The notes under the pieces were generated by a model. That model made no database searches, was not told the origin of the DNA, and worked only from the letters and a program-made list of their open reading frames with translations. From Bacillota bacterium (lineage in GTDB: Bacteria; Bacillota; Desulfitobacteriia; Desulfitobacteriales; JAJXUE01), in assembly GCA_021811155.1 (NCBI GenBank), contig JAJZPO010000003.1:5697-69696 (forward strand): a stretch of 64,000 nucleotides of DNA, read 5' to 3'. Made by a program: the position numbers and the translations under genes. Positions 50,391 to 61,770 of the stretch are shown here, piece after piece (positions within the stretch are counted from its first letter, which is position 1; every line of letters starts with the position of its first letter).

Positions 50391-50455
50391 CTTTACCTCT
50401 CTCCCGCTCAAAAAACACGCTTGTTTGCTTCTGACTCCTGAGTACTTACATCCGC

Positions 50456-51532
50456 TTAATATTCACCCTCATATCTTTGCGACCAGATTGCCAGATAAAG
50501 CTGGACCGCTGCTGCAAACTCACGGGGGTTATAACCGGTTAACTCGGCAACCCGATCCAACCGGTAAAGCAAGGTATTGCGATGGATAAACAGGGCCCGC
50601 GCCGTTTCGGATATGCTTAAGCTATGAGCAAAGTAAGTTTCCAAGGTTTCGCGCAGTTCCGGCGTCAGGCGCTCTTGCAGCGTTTCCCGCCGATAGCGTT
50701 GCATGACCTCCGGTGAAATCTCGCCCAACAATCCAGCCAACCCTAATTTCCACGCCGCCAAACCCGCTTCCCCCGGAAAAAACCTGACGTGAAGTCTGGC
50801 CAACCGCTGAACCTCCTGGTACCCCCGCCATAATCCACGCTCGGTGGGATACCCGACACAGACGCCGGCCAAAACCCCCACTTCATCCGCCAGCATGGTA
50901 TGAATCTGTTGAATAAGGGCTTCTCCCCAGACCAGAAGCCCCCCTGTTTTGAGATCTCGGGCATTAGGCATCTCTGCCCGGACGAAGAGGAATACTTCTT
51001 GCTGATGAACCCAGAGGACGTCGCGCCGAGGCAGCAGATTCTCAATAACGGTAGGAACCTCGCTGTGCCAGTTCTGGCAGCGAATCAACAGAGGAAAGCC
51101 CAGGCTAAGCTTGGGTAAAGCATACTCCGCCTCCTTCTGTTCAAAGACTGTCTCGTCCCAGTGCAGTTCCACAGCGGCTGACAAGAGCTTTTCCCGGGTC
51201 CACGCCTGAGCCGGCTGTTTAAGCTCACGCAGAAGGTCTGTATAGATTTGACGTGCCAGAGCAGCCAGCAAACGGGAAGTAAGTATCCCCGGAACATCCC
51301 CTGCGGGGAACACGCAGGTCAGCTCAATTTCCCCATCCTCGCCATCGAAGCGCAGCGCAATCAGGGCATTCTTCTCTACACCTTCGCCCTGGATGGCCGC
51401 AGTCCTGCCCGGAGCATCCTGAGCAATCCGGGCGGAAAATTCCAACCCGGTTTCCTGATTAAGACGCTCACACAATTCCTCGTGCAGAAACGGGTTTGAC
51501 CCGTTCCGCTCCTCCCTGTTGTACTGCTTCAT
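50456..51532 (-). CDS. PucR/CdaR-type transcriptional regulator
   Basis: 358 aa. C-terminal HTH SISETARALFIHRNTLLYRLDRVAELTG. Confidence 0.75.
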   Translation of the reverse strand: MKQYNREERNGSNPFLHEELCERLNQETGLEFSARIAQDAPGRTAAIQGEGVEKNALIALRFDGEDGEIELTCVFPAGDVPGILTSRLLAALARQIYTDLLRELKQPAQAWTREKLLSAAVELHWDETVFEQKEAEYALPKLSLGFPLLIRCQNWHSEVPTVIENLLPRRDVLWVHQQEVFLFVRAEMPNARDLKTGGLLVWGEALIQQIHTMLADEVGVLAGVCVGYPTERGLWRGYQEVQRLARLHVRFFPGEAGLAAWKLGLAGLLGEISPEVMQRYRRETLQERLTPELRETLETYFAHSLSISETARALFIHRNTLLYRLDRVAELTGYNPREFAAAVQLYLAIWSQRYEGEY

Positions 51533-51752
51533 GACAACCTTCCCCTGTTTTCGCCCGATTCATCCCGCCACCTAAAAGAGGCACGGGTCTTCTCGCCGTC
51601 CATGATAAATTTTAACCATTCTCAGGAAAAAGCGCAAATAGTCATGGAAAAAAATGAACACACCCAGATGCTTGCTGAGCGTGTTCTATCAGTAAGGAGG
51701 GAAAAGCCTCAAAAACACCTGACCTGGTTGCCCTGGATTTTTGCCGTCCGGT

Positions 51753-52877
51753 TTAATATGCCGCCTCGTACCCCGGCCGGTGGATTACGGCCTGCGTTTC
51801 CGGGTCGAAGTACCGGGCCAGGCTCATGTCAAAGGCCACTTTGTGACGCTGCAGTACTTTGGCCTGGCTTGCGGCTGCAAGCCGGGCAATCACATTCTCC
51901 CCATTCAGGCTGAAGTAAACGTAATTCTCGGAGCCCATGGGCTCCACCACATCGACATGCACATCAACGCTCCAATCAGGGTGGGCTGCCAGGAAGGGCG
52001 CATCGTCTTTTACAGCCTCCGGCCGGATTCCGAAAATGATTTCTTTGCCAATGTATGGTGTCAATGCTTCGCGCCGCTCTGCGACAGGGGGTAAACGGAA
52101 GGCAGAGTTCACCAGCCAAAGACGTCCGTCCTCTTCGACCAGCTTTGCCTTCAAGAAATTCATGGAGGGAGAGCCGATGAACCCCGCCACAAACATGTTT
52201 TTCGGATGGTCATAGAGGTTCATCGGGGCGTCTACCTGCTGAATAAGCCCGTCTTTCATCACGACGATGCGGTCTCCCATGGTCATGGCCTCGGTCTGGT
52301 CGTGGGTGACATAGACCACAGTGGTCTGCAGGCGGTGGCGCAGCTTGGAAATCTCCGCCCGCATCTGCACCCGGAGCTTGGCATCGAGGTTCGACAAGGG
52401 CTCGTCCATCAAAAACACCTGCGGTTCGCGCACTATGGCGCGTCCCAAGGCCACCCGCTGCCGCTGTCCGCCTGAAAGAGCCTTGGGCTTGCGCTCCAGC
52501 AAATGCTCGATGTCGAGGATATGCGCCGCTTCTCTTACCCTGCGGTCGATCTCCGCTTTGGGAATTTTACGCAGCTTCAGCCCAAAGGCCATGTTTTCAT
52601 ACACGCTCATGTGGGGATACAAGGCATAGCTTTGGAAGACCATCGCTATATCGCGGTCTTTGGGCGGGACATCGTTCACCAGGCGGTCTCCAATGTATAA
52701 TTCTCCGCTTGTGATTTCTTCCAGCCCGGCAATCATCCGCAGCGTTGTGGTCTTGCCGCAGCCCGAAGGTCCTACCAGGACCAGAAATTCTTTGTCTTTG
52801 ATTTCAAGATTGAAGTCATTGACTACAACATTTTGGGCGTATTTTTTTATAACGTTCTTGAAAGTTAAGCCGGCCAC
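51753..52877 (-). CDS. msmX: sugar ABC transporter ATPase (MsmX/MalK-like)
   Basis: 374 aa. [34 protein letters not shown], plus the C-terminal regulatory domain. Confidence 0.9.
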   Translation of the reverse strand: MAGLTFKNVIKKYAQNVVVNDFNLEIKDKEFLVLVGPSGCGKTTTLRMIAGLEEITSGELYIGDRLVNDVPPKDRDIAMVFQSYALYPHMSVYENMAFGLKLRKIPKAEIDRRVREAAHILDIEHLLERKPKALSGGQRQRVALGRAIVREPQVFLMDEPLSNLDAKLRVQMRAEISKLRHRLQTTVVYVTHDQTEAMTMGDRIVVMKDGLIQQVDAPMNLYDHPKNMFVAGFIGSPSMNFLKAKLVEEDGRLWLVNSAFRLPPVAERREALTPYIGKEIIFGIRPEAVKDDAPFLAAHPDWSVDVHVDVVEPMGSENYVYFSLNGENVIARLAAASQAKVLQRHKVAFDMSLARYFDPETQAVIHRPGYEAAY

Positions 52878-53103
52878 AAAATTTTCCTCCTCTTGTTAGT
52901 CGAGTAGTCAGGAGTCAGAATGAGTCAACTGGGAACGGTCCCTGATTGGCTCAAAAGTGAGTCAATGGAGAACCGTCCCCGAGTGACTCACTTTGAGCTT
53001 ATGTTGAGTTTAACAGAGGAAAGGATGCCTGACTATTGGCGAAAACACCAAATCTGTTGTACAAATCCTCCAAAACCAGACGCAGTTTTTCAACGGCCTC
53101 CAA

Positions 53104-54078
<975 letters not shown>

Positions 54079-54091
54079 TCAATGGTGCATA

Positions 54092-55051
54092 TTACTGTGC
54101 TTGGCGGTGAACCAACCAGGCCGCGCCAATCATTCCGGCTTGGTTCCCCAGCTTGGCCGGCACAATGGATACGTTTTCCGCCGCTCTTGGCAGAACGGCG
54201 CTGTTAAAAGCCTTGATCAGAGGATCAAATAGAATCGTTCCTGCCTGCGAAACTCCTCCTCCGATCACGATCATTTCGGGATTCAACAAACAGCACATTA
54301 CCGCCAGGGAATTGCCCAGAATGGTTCCGGCTTTGGCTATGATCTCCCTGCATACCGGTTCCCCTTGCCGGGCCAGTTGGATCACCGTTCTGGCAGTCAG
54401 CGTCCCCGTCCGTTGAAATTCTTCTTGCAATGGCCCGGCTGAGATTTCCCGTACCCGTTCCAGGGCATCCACGACGATGGCTGTGGCCGAGGCCTCGGTT
54501 TCCAGGCACCCCGTTCTGCCGCAATTGCAGACCCTTCCGCCCTGGGGTTTCACCGTTATGTGTCCTGCCTCGCCGGCGGTTCCATTGGCGCCGTGATAGA
54601 TTTCCCCATTGATGATTACCCCGCCGCCGATTCCGGTTCCCAGGGTCAGGCAAAGCAGCTGGGAAACTCCCTTTCCTGCCCCGGTCCACATTTCTCCCAG
54701 GGCAGCCGCATTGGCGTCGTTCTCTACCATCACCGGCATGTGCCAAAGCCTCTCCAGGTCTGCCTGTAATGAGACATTATGCCAGCCAAGATTGACGACT
54801 TCAACCAATATGCCCTTTTGAAAATCAATAAAGGCAGGCACACCGATCCCTGCGCCGGAGATGTTCCTCCATGCGTAACCGCTTTGGCGCAAAAGCGATT
54901 GGGCCATTTGGTCAATCAGCTTCAGTACCGCATGGTACCCTTCTTTTACCGGAGTAGGGTTTTCCATATTATGGAGAATATTTCCTTGCTGGTCTACGAG
55001 ACCCATCTTGATGGATGTTCCTCCCAGGTCAATTCCCAGATAAGCTTTCAT
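54092..55051 (-). CDS. ROK-family glucokinase
   Basis: 319 aa. GIDLGGTSIK, and the zinc motif CNCGRTGCLE. Confidence 0.85.
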   Translation of the reverse strand: MKAYLGIDLGGTSIKMGLVDQQGNILHNMENPTPVKEGYHAVLKLIDQMAQSLLRQSGYAWRNISGAGIGVPAFIDFQKGILVEVVNLGWHNVSLQADLERLWHMPVMVENDANAAALGEMWTGAGKGVSQLLCLTLGTGIGGGVIINGEIYHGANGTAGEAGHITVKPQGGRVCNCGRTGCLETEASATAIVVDALERVREISAGPLQEEFQRTGTLTARTVIQLARQGEPVCREIIAKAGTILGNSLAVMCCLLNPEMIVIGGGVSQAGTILFDPLIKAFNSAVLPRAAENVSIVPAKLGNQAGMIGAAWLVHRQAQ

Positions 55052-55100
55052 TCCGGCTTCCCCCTAAAGTCTTAACGCATGTGATTCAGGTCAGAGATGT

Positions 55101-56276
55101 TCAGCTTGAAGTGTGCAGGGAATAGGGCTGCAAAACTGATTGGAAAACCACCCCCGCGGCGCCAAAAATGCTGCTGTCTTCTTTCAGCTGCGAGACCCCG
55201 ATGCAGACGTCCCGGGACATTACGGGAAGGGAATATTTCAGCGCCGCTTCTTTGACAAGAGCGGCAAAGTCCTGGTTTTGCCGAAAAACCCTCCCGCCGA
55301 GTATAATAGCTTCCGGTCCGTACAGATTGATGAGAGCGCCTATGCCGCGCCCTAAGGCATCCGCAGCTTCATGGAAAACTTGTCTTGCCTGTTCCTCCCC
55401 CGCCAGCAGACGTTGTTTAATCTCTTCTGCCGTTAGTGTTTCACCTGTAAGCCTTTGATATTTTGTTTCGATTGCCTGTCCGGATGCGGCCGTTTCCAAA
55501 CAGCCTGTTTTGCCGCAGCGGCAAATATCTTCCCCGCCGCCAAAAGAAATATGCCCCAGTTCCCCCACACTGTATCCTTTGCCGCGATAAACTTGATGAT
55601 TAAATACAAATCCTGCTCCAACCCCATCGTCAACCAAAACATAGATGAGCTGCCCGAAACCTTTACCCTGGCCAAACCACAGCTCCCCCTGGGCGGCCAG
55701 GTTGGCGTCATTGTCCACAAATGCCGGAGCGCTTAAGGTCTTTGCCAGATCATTTTTCAGATAAGCGTTTTCCCAGCCCGGCAAGTTCGGGAGATCATGA
55801 ATTTTACCCATGGCAAAATCAACCCACCCGGGGACGCTCACACCGATTCCCAACAACTTTTCCCGCGCAGGGCCCAATGACTGTTGAAAATTCTCAACAA
55901 CCTCTGTAATTAGTTCCAGGCCTTGCGCATAACGGAACGCGCCGGGTTTTTCCAATGTGACCAGGGGCTCAGCCAGAAGATTGACCAGGATAGCCTTGAT
56001 GCCTGTAGGACGAATTTCGATTCCGACCGCATACCCGCCTTCGGCGTCAAGCTCCAATAAGATGGGTTTTCTCCCTCCGGATGAAGAGCGGACTGAACCT
56101 TTCTCTTTGACAAAACCATGCTCAAGGAGTTTATTTACGATGTTGGTGATAGTTCCGGTTGTCAGCCCGGTCACCCGTGCCAAATCCGCCCGCGAGAGCT
56201 CCTGATGCCGGCGCAAGGCAGCCAGAACCAGCGAAATGTTGACAGACTTGATTACCTCGTAGTTTCCGGTAATCAT
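55101..56276 (-). CDS. ROK-family transcriptional repressor
   Basis: ORF track 55101-56348; ATG at 56276 or 56285 preferred. N-terminal winged HTH SRADLARVTGLTTGTITNIVNKLLEHGFV. ROK zinc motif CRCGKTGCLE. Confidence 0.8.
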   Translation of the reverse strand: MITGNYEVIKSVNISLVLAALRRHQELSRADLARVTGLTTGTITNIVNKLLEHGFVKEKGSVRSSSGGRKPILLELDAEGGYAVGIEIRPTGIKAILVNLLAEPLVTLEKPGAFRYAQGLELITEVVENFQQSLGPAREKLLGIGVSVPGWVDFAMGKIHDLPNLPGWENAYLKNDLAKTLSAPAFVDNDANLAAQGELWFGQGKGFGQLIYVLVDDGVGAGFVFNHQVYRGKGYSVGELGHISFGGGEDICRCGKTGCLETAASGQAIETKYQRLTGETLTAEEIKQRLLAGEEQARQVFHEAADALGRGIGALINLYGPEAIILGGRVFRQNQDFAALVKEAALKYSLPVMSRDVCIGVSQLKEDSSIFGAAGVVFQSVLQPYSLHTSS

Positions 56277-56399
56277 TACACCCATCCTTTGTTCATATGT
56301 TTTCTTAAGTCTTAAATTAATTATAAAATGATTTGGCCCAAATAACAAGGGGCAGCGCCGGCAAGCGCCACCCCACAGCAGATGAGGTTATAGGGCAAA

Positions 56400-57437
56400 T
56401 TAATAATATTCTTTGGTCAGTTGATCAATTGTTTTATTGACAATCATCTTATAAAACAAAGTGGTTTTGATCTTCCAGCCATTGAGAGTGCTGACACAAG
56501 GAAAAGCCAGATCACCGTGTTGAATTATACGGACTAGACTGTTATCAAATACTATCTTGCCATTCTTGCATTTGGAAATAATCGTCTCTTCTGCTTCGGT
56601 TCTGGAAATACCGGATTCTACCCTTTCCAAATAGGCGTCTATAGTGTGAGAAGTCACTATATATTCCAAATCAACTCCGTTAATTTTACTTTCCACAATT
56701 TTGGCCAAGAGTACACCGATGTCCAGGTCCCTGAGGGTTTCCTGAAGTTGTAATGTGACATCTACAATCCCGTAATTTCTAATCATCCGCTGGAACGCAT
56801 ACTCAGCCCTCGTGCTAATTATGCCTCCGGTGGCTTCTGATACTAAAGCTGTTATCTTTTTCCCTTCTTCCTCAAACCGGGAAAATGGCGATTTAGCGGC
56901 AATTTCATTTATCCTTTCTGATGGTGCACCAGCCTTAACCGTTTCTGAATACCGATATACAGGTTTCAATCCGCCCAAGGCCTTGAAAGATAAAGATAAT
57001 CCTCTTTCATCAATATATATAACCTTCGCTAAATGTTTGTCACCTACCTGACCGTAATATTCTGGGAGAGCAATAAATTCCTGAGCGATTTCTTTAATAT
57101 GAACTAAACCTCTGTATCGGTGCGGTGTAGTCACTATAAATCCAAATGATCTGATATCCTGAATCTCTACTTCAAAAATGTCACCTGGTTGGGGTTCTCT
57201 GTCTAACGGGCTCGCAACAGGCTGTGATTCGACGTTCTCGTCTTCATTGTTTCCAATTAGCAGCAGTTTGCAATACTTTTTTACGATGTCCGAGTTGACA
57301 CCGTGGTTTTCCGCAAACTCTTTGACGATGGTATCCAACGGCTTATCCTTTTCTGCCGCTAAACGCTCTCTTAACTGGGCCGTAAGCGGTTGAATCTGGT
57401 CAAGTTCCGATGGTTTAATAATGTTTTCAATACTCAC
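56400..57437 (-). CDS. S1 RNA-binding-domain protein with uncharacterised N- and C-terminal regions
   Basis: ORF track 56400-57464; GTG at 57437 preferred (GGGGGA 6 nt upstream). GDIFEVEIQDIRSFGFIVTTPHRYRGLVHIKEIA is an S1/OB-fold signature. The gene is visibly AT-richer than its neighbours. Confidence 0.6.
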   Translation of the reverse strand: MSIENIIKPSELDQIQPLTAQLRERLAAEKDKPLDTIVKEFAENHGVNSDIVKKYCKLLLIGNNEDENVESQPVASPLDREPQPGDIFEVEIQDIRSFGFIVTTPHRYRGLVHIKEIAQEFIALPEYYGQVGDKHLAKVIYIDERGLSLSFKALGGLKPVYRYSETVKAGAPSERINEIAAKSPFSRFEEEGKKITALVSEATGGIISTRAEYAFQRMIRNYGIVDVTLQLQETLRDLDIGVLLAKIVESKINGVDLEYIVTSHTIDAYLERVESGISRTEAEETIISKCKNGKIVFDNSLVRIIQHGDLAFPCVSTLNGWKIKTTLFYKMIVNKTIDQLTKEYY

Positions 57438-57545
57438 AAAGGTTCCCCCCGAATCAGCAATCATTTCCGGCTAAGCACCAGATATAACCATTATAGCAAA
57501 AATATTGCATCGGACAAAATATTTCGAAGGAAAGAAACCGGTGTC

Positions 57546-58931
57546 CTAGTAGCGTTTGCGCAGGGAGGTGGAGGGAATCCCCAGCTCGTCGCGGTATTTG
57601 GCCACCGTGCGGCGGGATATGTTGATGCCCTTGCCCTGCAGCAGGTCGGTTATCTTCTGGTCGCTGAGCGGGTTGGCCGGGTCTTCCTGGCTCACCAGAT
57701 CCCGCAGCATCCGCTTCACCGACTCAGATGAGGTCATGTTGCCGGCAGCGTTTTCCACCCCGCTGGCAAAGAAAAACTTGAGCTCGAAAACGCCCTGGGG
57801 CGCCTGCATAAATTTACTGGCCGTGGCCCGGCTCACCGTGGATTCGTGCAGGTTGACTATCTCAGCCACCTGGCGCAGAGTCATGGGCTTCAGGTAGCGT
57901 ATACCTTTGTCAAAAAACTCCCGCTGCAGTTCAATGATGCAGTTCACTACCTTGTACAAGGTGAGGCGGCGCTGTTCAATGCTGCGGATGAGGGAAGCGG
58001 CGGCGTGCAGCTTATCCTCGACAAACTTTTTGGCCTCTGCGTCCGCCTGGCCCTGAAGAGCTTCCCGGTAGCCGCGGTTGATCCCCAGCCGGGGTACCGT
58101 AGTGTCGTTAACCAGGATGATGTACTCGCCGTTGACCTTCTCCACCACCACATCGGGCACCACGTAGCGCACATCTTTGTTCGAACTGAATTTCCGCCCC
58201 GGCTTGGGGTCAAGTGTGCGCAGGAAATCCGCCAGGTCCTGTACTTCCTTGGGCGTAATCTCCAGCGCTGAGGCAATTTTGGTAATTTTCCCCCCTCCCA
58301 GGTCGTTGAGGTGATCTTTGATGAATTCCTCCGCCTTGGCCGGCACATCAGGCAACTGGCCCAGCTGAAGCAGCAGGCACTCCTGCAGGGTGCGTGCCCC
58401 TACCCCGGACGGGTCGAAGCCCTGGATTATTTCCAGCGCCCGGGCAACCTGTCCAATTTCCCGGCCCGTGGCCTTGGAGGCCTCTTCGCAGCTGATGGTA
58501 AGGTAGCCGTTGTCATCAATGTTGCCTATCAGGTACTCGCCAATCGTCCGGTCGGATGCATTCCTGGCGGCCAGGCTCAGCTGCTGGATCAGGTACTCCT
58601 GCAGGGTGGGGGTAATGGCCAAAAAGTTTTCATAGGAATATTCGCTGATTTCTTCCCGCCTGGCCCGAATTATTCCCAAGTCGCTTTTATCCTGAAAATA
58701 TTCCTGCCAGTCCGGGTCTTTGTCCTGCGCCGGAGCCTCGACCGGCTCATCCTCCCGCTCATCCTCCCGCTCATCCCTGGTCTCCAGCAGCGGGTTTTCC
58801 AACATCTGCTGGTCTACATACTGGGCCAGTTCCAGCACCGGCATATGCAGAATTGTGATGGCCTGACGCAATTCAGGAGTCATAATCAGTTTTTGGGTCT
58901 GTTCCAAATGCAGCGAATAACCCAGTCGCAC
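57546..58931 (-). CDS. rpoN: RNA polymerase sigma-54 factor
   Basis: 461 aa. Acidic region II, and the C-terminal RpoN box ISRRTVAKYRDELGIPS. Confidence 0.95.
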   Translation of the reverse strand: MRLGYSLHLEQTQKLIMTPELRQAITILHMPVLELAQYVDQQMLENPLLETRDEREDEREDEPVEAPAQDKDPDWQEYFQDKSDLGIIRARREEISEYSYENFLAITPTLQEYLIQQLSLAARNASDRTIGEYLIGNIDDNGYLTISCEEASKATGREIGQVARALEIIQGFDPSGVGARTLQECLLLQLGQLPDVPAKAEEFIKDHLNDLGGGKITKIASALEITPKEVQDLADFLRTLDPKPGRKFSSNKDVRYVVPDVVVEKVNGEYIILVNDTTVPRLGINRGYREALQGQADAEAKKFVEDKLHAAASLIRSIEQRRLTLYKVVNCIIELQREFFDKGIRYLKPMTLRQVAEIVNLHESTVSRATASKFMQAPQGVFELKFFFASGVENAAGNMTSSESVKRMLRDLVSQEDPANPLSDQKITDLLQGKGINISRRTVAKYRDELGIPSTSLRKRY

Positions 58932-58957
58932 TATGACCCCTCCTAGCAGAAATAATT

Positions 58958-59446
58958 CTAAGCCAAATTACGCAATTCCCGCATGGGATTGCCTGCGACC
59001 ATGGTTGCGGGAGAAACGTCCCTGCTCACCACGGTGCCCGCTGCCACCACCGCCCCGTCCCCAATGCTGACGCCGGCCAGAATGGTGCAGTTGGCCCCGA
59101 TCAGGACATTCTCCCCGATAGTGACGGGCCCGTAGCGGAACTCATCTATCAGGTATTCGTGGGCCAGGATGGTAGTATTGTAGCCAATAACCGAATTGCG
59201 GCCCAGACTGATCAGTTCCGGCTTGATGATGTCCAGCATGACCATGAGCCCGATTGACACATCCACGTCTACCCGCATGCCTAAGAGTCTGCGGCACATT
59301 GCGTTCTTGAGACCCAAAAACGGCGTATAGCGGCTTAATTGAATCACGGCAAAATTCTTGATAACTTTCCAGAAAGGAACAGTCTCAAATACGTGCTGCA
59401 TGGAGTTTCTTCCAGCGTCAAAAGTAACCCGGGTTAAGCGGCGCAT
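58958..59446 (-). CDS. hexapeptide-repeat (LbH) acyltransferase
   Basis: 162 aa. IGENVLIGANCTILAGVSIGDGAVVAAGTVV hexapeptide repeats. Confidence 0.7.
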   Translation of the reverse strand: MRRLTRVTFDAGRNSMQHVFETVPFWKVIKNFAVIQLSRYTPFLGLKNAMCRRLLGMRVDVDVSIGLMVMLDIIKPELISLGRNSVIGYNTTILAHEYLIDEFRYGPVTIGENVLIGANCTILAGVSIGDGAVVAAGTVVSRDVSPATMVAGNPMRELRNLA

Positions 59447-59450
59447 TTCT

Positions 59451-60392
59451 TTAGCCTTCTCTCAGAGATTTCTGAAAACGGCCGGCGATATCCTCGATCT
59501 TGCGCATCCGGTGGTTGACACCCGACTTTCCCACCTTGGGCGTCAGCAGTTCACCCAGTTCCTTCAGGCTTATTTCCGGGTGCTGCAGCCTCAGCTCGGC
59601 AATCCGGCGCAGGGGCTCATCCAGCTTATCCAGGCCAATCTGCTCTTCAATGATGCGGATATTCTCCACCTGGCGCACAGCCGCATCCACGGTCTTGTTC
59701 AGGTTGGCGGTTTCACAGTTGACCAGCCGGTTAACCTGGTTGCGCATGTCTTTCAGGACCCGCACGTTCTCGAAGTCCAGCAGAGCCGCATGGGCCCCGA
59801 TGATGGTCAGAAACTCGGCAATATGCTCGCTCTCTTTCAGGTAAACCACAAACCAGTTTTTCCTCGGACTAATCTTACCACCCAATTGAAAACTGTTCAA
59901 TAATTTACACAACTCGGCGGCGTGAGTTTCGTCATTAGTAATAATCTCGAGGTGGTAAGTGCCCTCAGGATTATTGATGGAACCCCCGCCCAGAAAGGCT
60001 CCCCTAAGGTATGCCCGGCGGCAGCACTGCCGCCTGATGAGTTCAGGTTTGATTCCCGGTCTGATTTGCAGATCACGGCCCACCAGGCCAAGCTCCTGCA
60101 ACAAATCATTGTTGGCCTGTACCCTGACCAAATAAGAATTGTGCTTTTTCAGCCGCAGTTTACGCCGCACCGCAATGTCAACAGGAACCTTCAGCCTCAG
60201 TTTGGCCAGCTTGAACAGCTTGCGGGCCACCGGTGCGCTTTCGCTCTCCACATTCAGGCTGACCCGGTGGTTGGCGCTGATCTGAAGAGTGCCATCCATC
60301 CGGATCAGCGCCGCCAGCTCAGCCAGCTGGCAGCACTCCTTGCCTGTCTCGATTCTGGCCAGCTCCTCTTTGGTTTTGCCGCTGAAAGACAA
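59451..60392 (-). CDS. whiA: DNA-binding protein WhiA
   Basis: 313 aa. MSFSGKTKEELARI..., a LAGLIDADG-like core, and the C-terminal HTH KSGVNHRMRKIEDIA. Confidence 0.95.
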   Translation of the reverse strand: MSFSGKTKEELARIETGKECCQLAELAALIRMDGTLQISANHRVSLNVESESAPVARKLFKLAKLRLKVPVDIAVRRKLRLKKHNSYLVRVQANNDLLQELGLVGRDLQIRPGIKPELIRRQCCRRAYLRGAFLGGGSINNPEGTYHLEIITNDETHAAELCKLLNSFQLGGKISPRKNWFVVYLKESEHIAEFLTIIGAHAALLDFENVRVLKDMRNQVNRLVNCETANLNKTVDAAVRQVENIRIIEEQIGLDKLDEPLRRIAELRLQHPEISLKELGELLTPKVGKSGVNHRMRKIEDIAGRFQKSLREG

Positions 60393-60426
60393 GGGGAATC
60401 ACCTTTCTTTGGGGCAGAATCTTGGG

Positions 60427-61770
60427 TCACGCATTGAGCTTCTTGTACACGAGAAACTCATCCACCAGTGTAACCCGTTCCCGCAGGTTCTTGGAGCGGA
60501 AAATCAGGCGAATAATGCACTTGGCCAGCTTTTCCGGGTGATGGCGTACCAAATCTGATTCATAAATAAGGTCTTCCTCAACCACCTTGACACCCAAAGC
60601 CTTTAATTCATCCACATCAGCCGCAACAGGCACGGATCCCTGAATTCTGTACCTCTGCAGCAAAGGCACCGGAATCTTCTCGGAATTGGCGATTACCTGG
60701 TCTGCCAGCCCCTGGCCGCAGTGCTCCATTAAAGCTTTGAGGTGTTGGGATGCGGTGTAGTTTTGCGTCTCCCCGGGTTCAGTCATTACATTGCAGACAT
60801 AAATCTTAAGGGCTTTGGACTGACGTACGGCCTGCTGGATCTCTTCCACCAGCAGGTTGGGAATGACGCTGGAATACAGGCTCCCCGGTCCCAGGATGAT
60901 AGCTTCGGCGTCCCGGATGGCGGCCAGGGACTCGGTGACAGGCCGACAGCCGGTAGGCTGCAAGAATACCCGTCTGATGGGGCTGGTAAAACTGCGAAAG
61001 TTACTTTCCCCATACACCACCGACCCGTCCTCCAGTTCCGCGCCCAGGGTCACGTTTTCCAGGGTGGAGGGCAGGACATGCCCACGCACAGCCAGGACCT
61101 TGCTAACCTGTTCAATAGCAGTCTGGAAGTCGCCGGCGATATTGGTCATCCCCGCAATGAGCAGATTGCCCAGACTGTGCCCGGAAAGACTGCCGCAGTC
61201 TTCAAAACGGTAGGAAAAAAGCCTGTCCATCAGGTTTTCTGTGTCGGCCAGAGCAACCAGGCAGTTGCGGATATCCCCCGGCGGCAGGATGCCCAGGTCT
61301 TCCCGCAGGCGCCCTGAACTGCCGCCGTCATCAGAAACAGTCACAATGGCCGTGAGATTGCTCGTATATTTTTTCAAGCCTCGCAGGAGCACGGACAAGC
61401 CCGTGCCGCCGCCGATGACCACTATTTTCGGGCCCCGGCTGAGCTGGCTTTTTTCGTAAATCAAGTCCACCACCCGGTTTTCGTGTTCCGGCAGAATGGT
61501 ACCGATGATGGCGCTCAGCATTTTGCGAAAGCCAATCACGATCAGCGCCGCTCCCAAAACAGAAACTACAATTCCCGCGGGCACTGCCGTCCACCAGGTG
61601 TGGCCGGTCATCAGGTACACAATTTCCTTGAATTTCAGCTCTACGTAGCCCAGAGCATCCCCGTTGTTGCTGACAGCCCAACCCACCGCAAACAGGAAAA
61701 TGCCTGAAACGGCTACCAGGAACCAGCGCTTGACCCCCAGGTTCGGATAGAGCCATTTTAACAATTTCAC
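60427..61770 (-). CDS. yvcK: YvcK/CofD-like gluconeogenesis factor with an N-terminal two-TM extension
   Basis: 447 aa. VVIGGGTGLSVLLRGLK and GPGSLYSSVIPNL are typical YvcK blocks. The first 90 residues or so contain two hydrophobic helices. Confidence 0.9.
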   Translation of the reverse strand: MKLLKWLYPNLGVKRWFLVAVSGIFLFAVGWAVSNNGDALGYVELKFKEIVYLMTGHTWWTAVPAGIVVSVLGAALIVIGFRKMLSAIIGTILPEHENRVVDLIYEKSQLSRGPKIVVIGGGTGLSVLLRGLKKYTSNLTAIVTVSDDGGSSGRLREDLGILPPGDIRNCLVALADTENLMDRLFSYRFEDCGSLSGHSLGNLLIAGMTNIAGDFQTAIEQVSKVLAVRGHVLPSTLENVTLGAELEDGSVVYGESNFRSFTSPIRRVFLQPTGCRPVTESLAAIRDAEAIILGPGSLYSSVIPNLLVEEIQQAVRQSKALKIYVCNVMTEPGETQNYTASQHLKALMEHCGQGLADQVIANSEKIPVPLLQRYRIQGSVPVAADVDELKALGVKVVEEDLIYESDLVRHHPEKLAKCIIRLIFRSKNLRERVTLVDEFLVYKKLNA

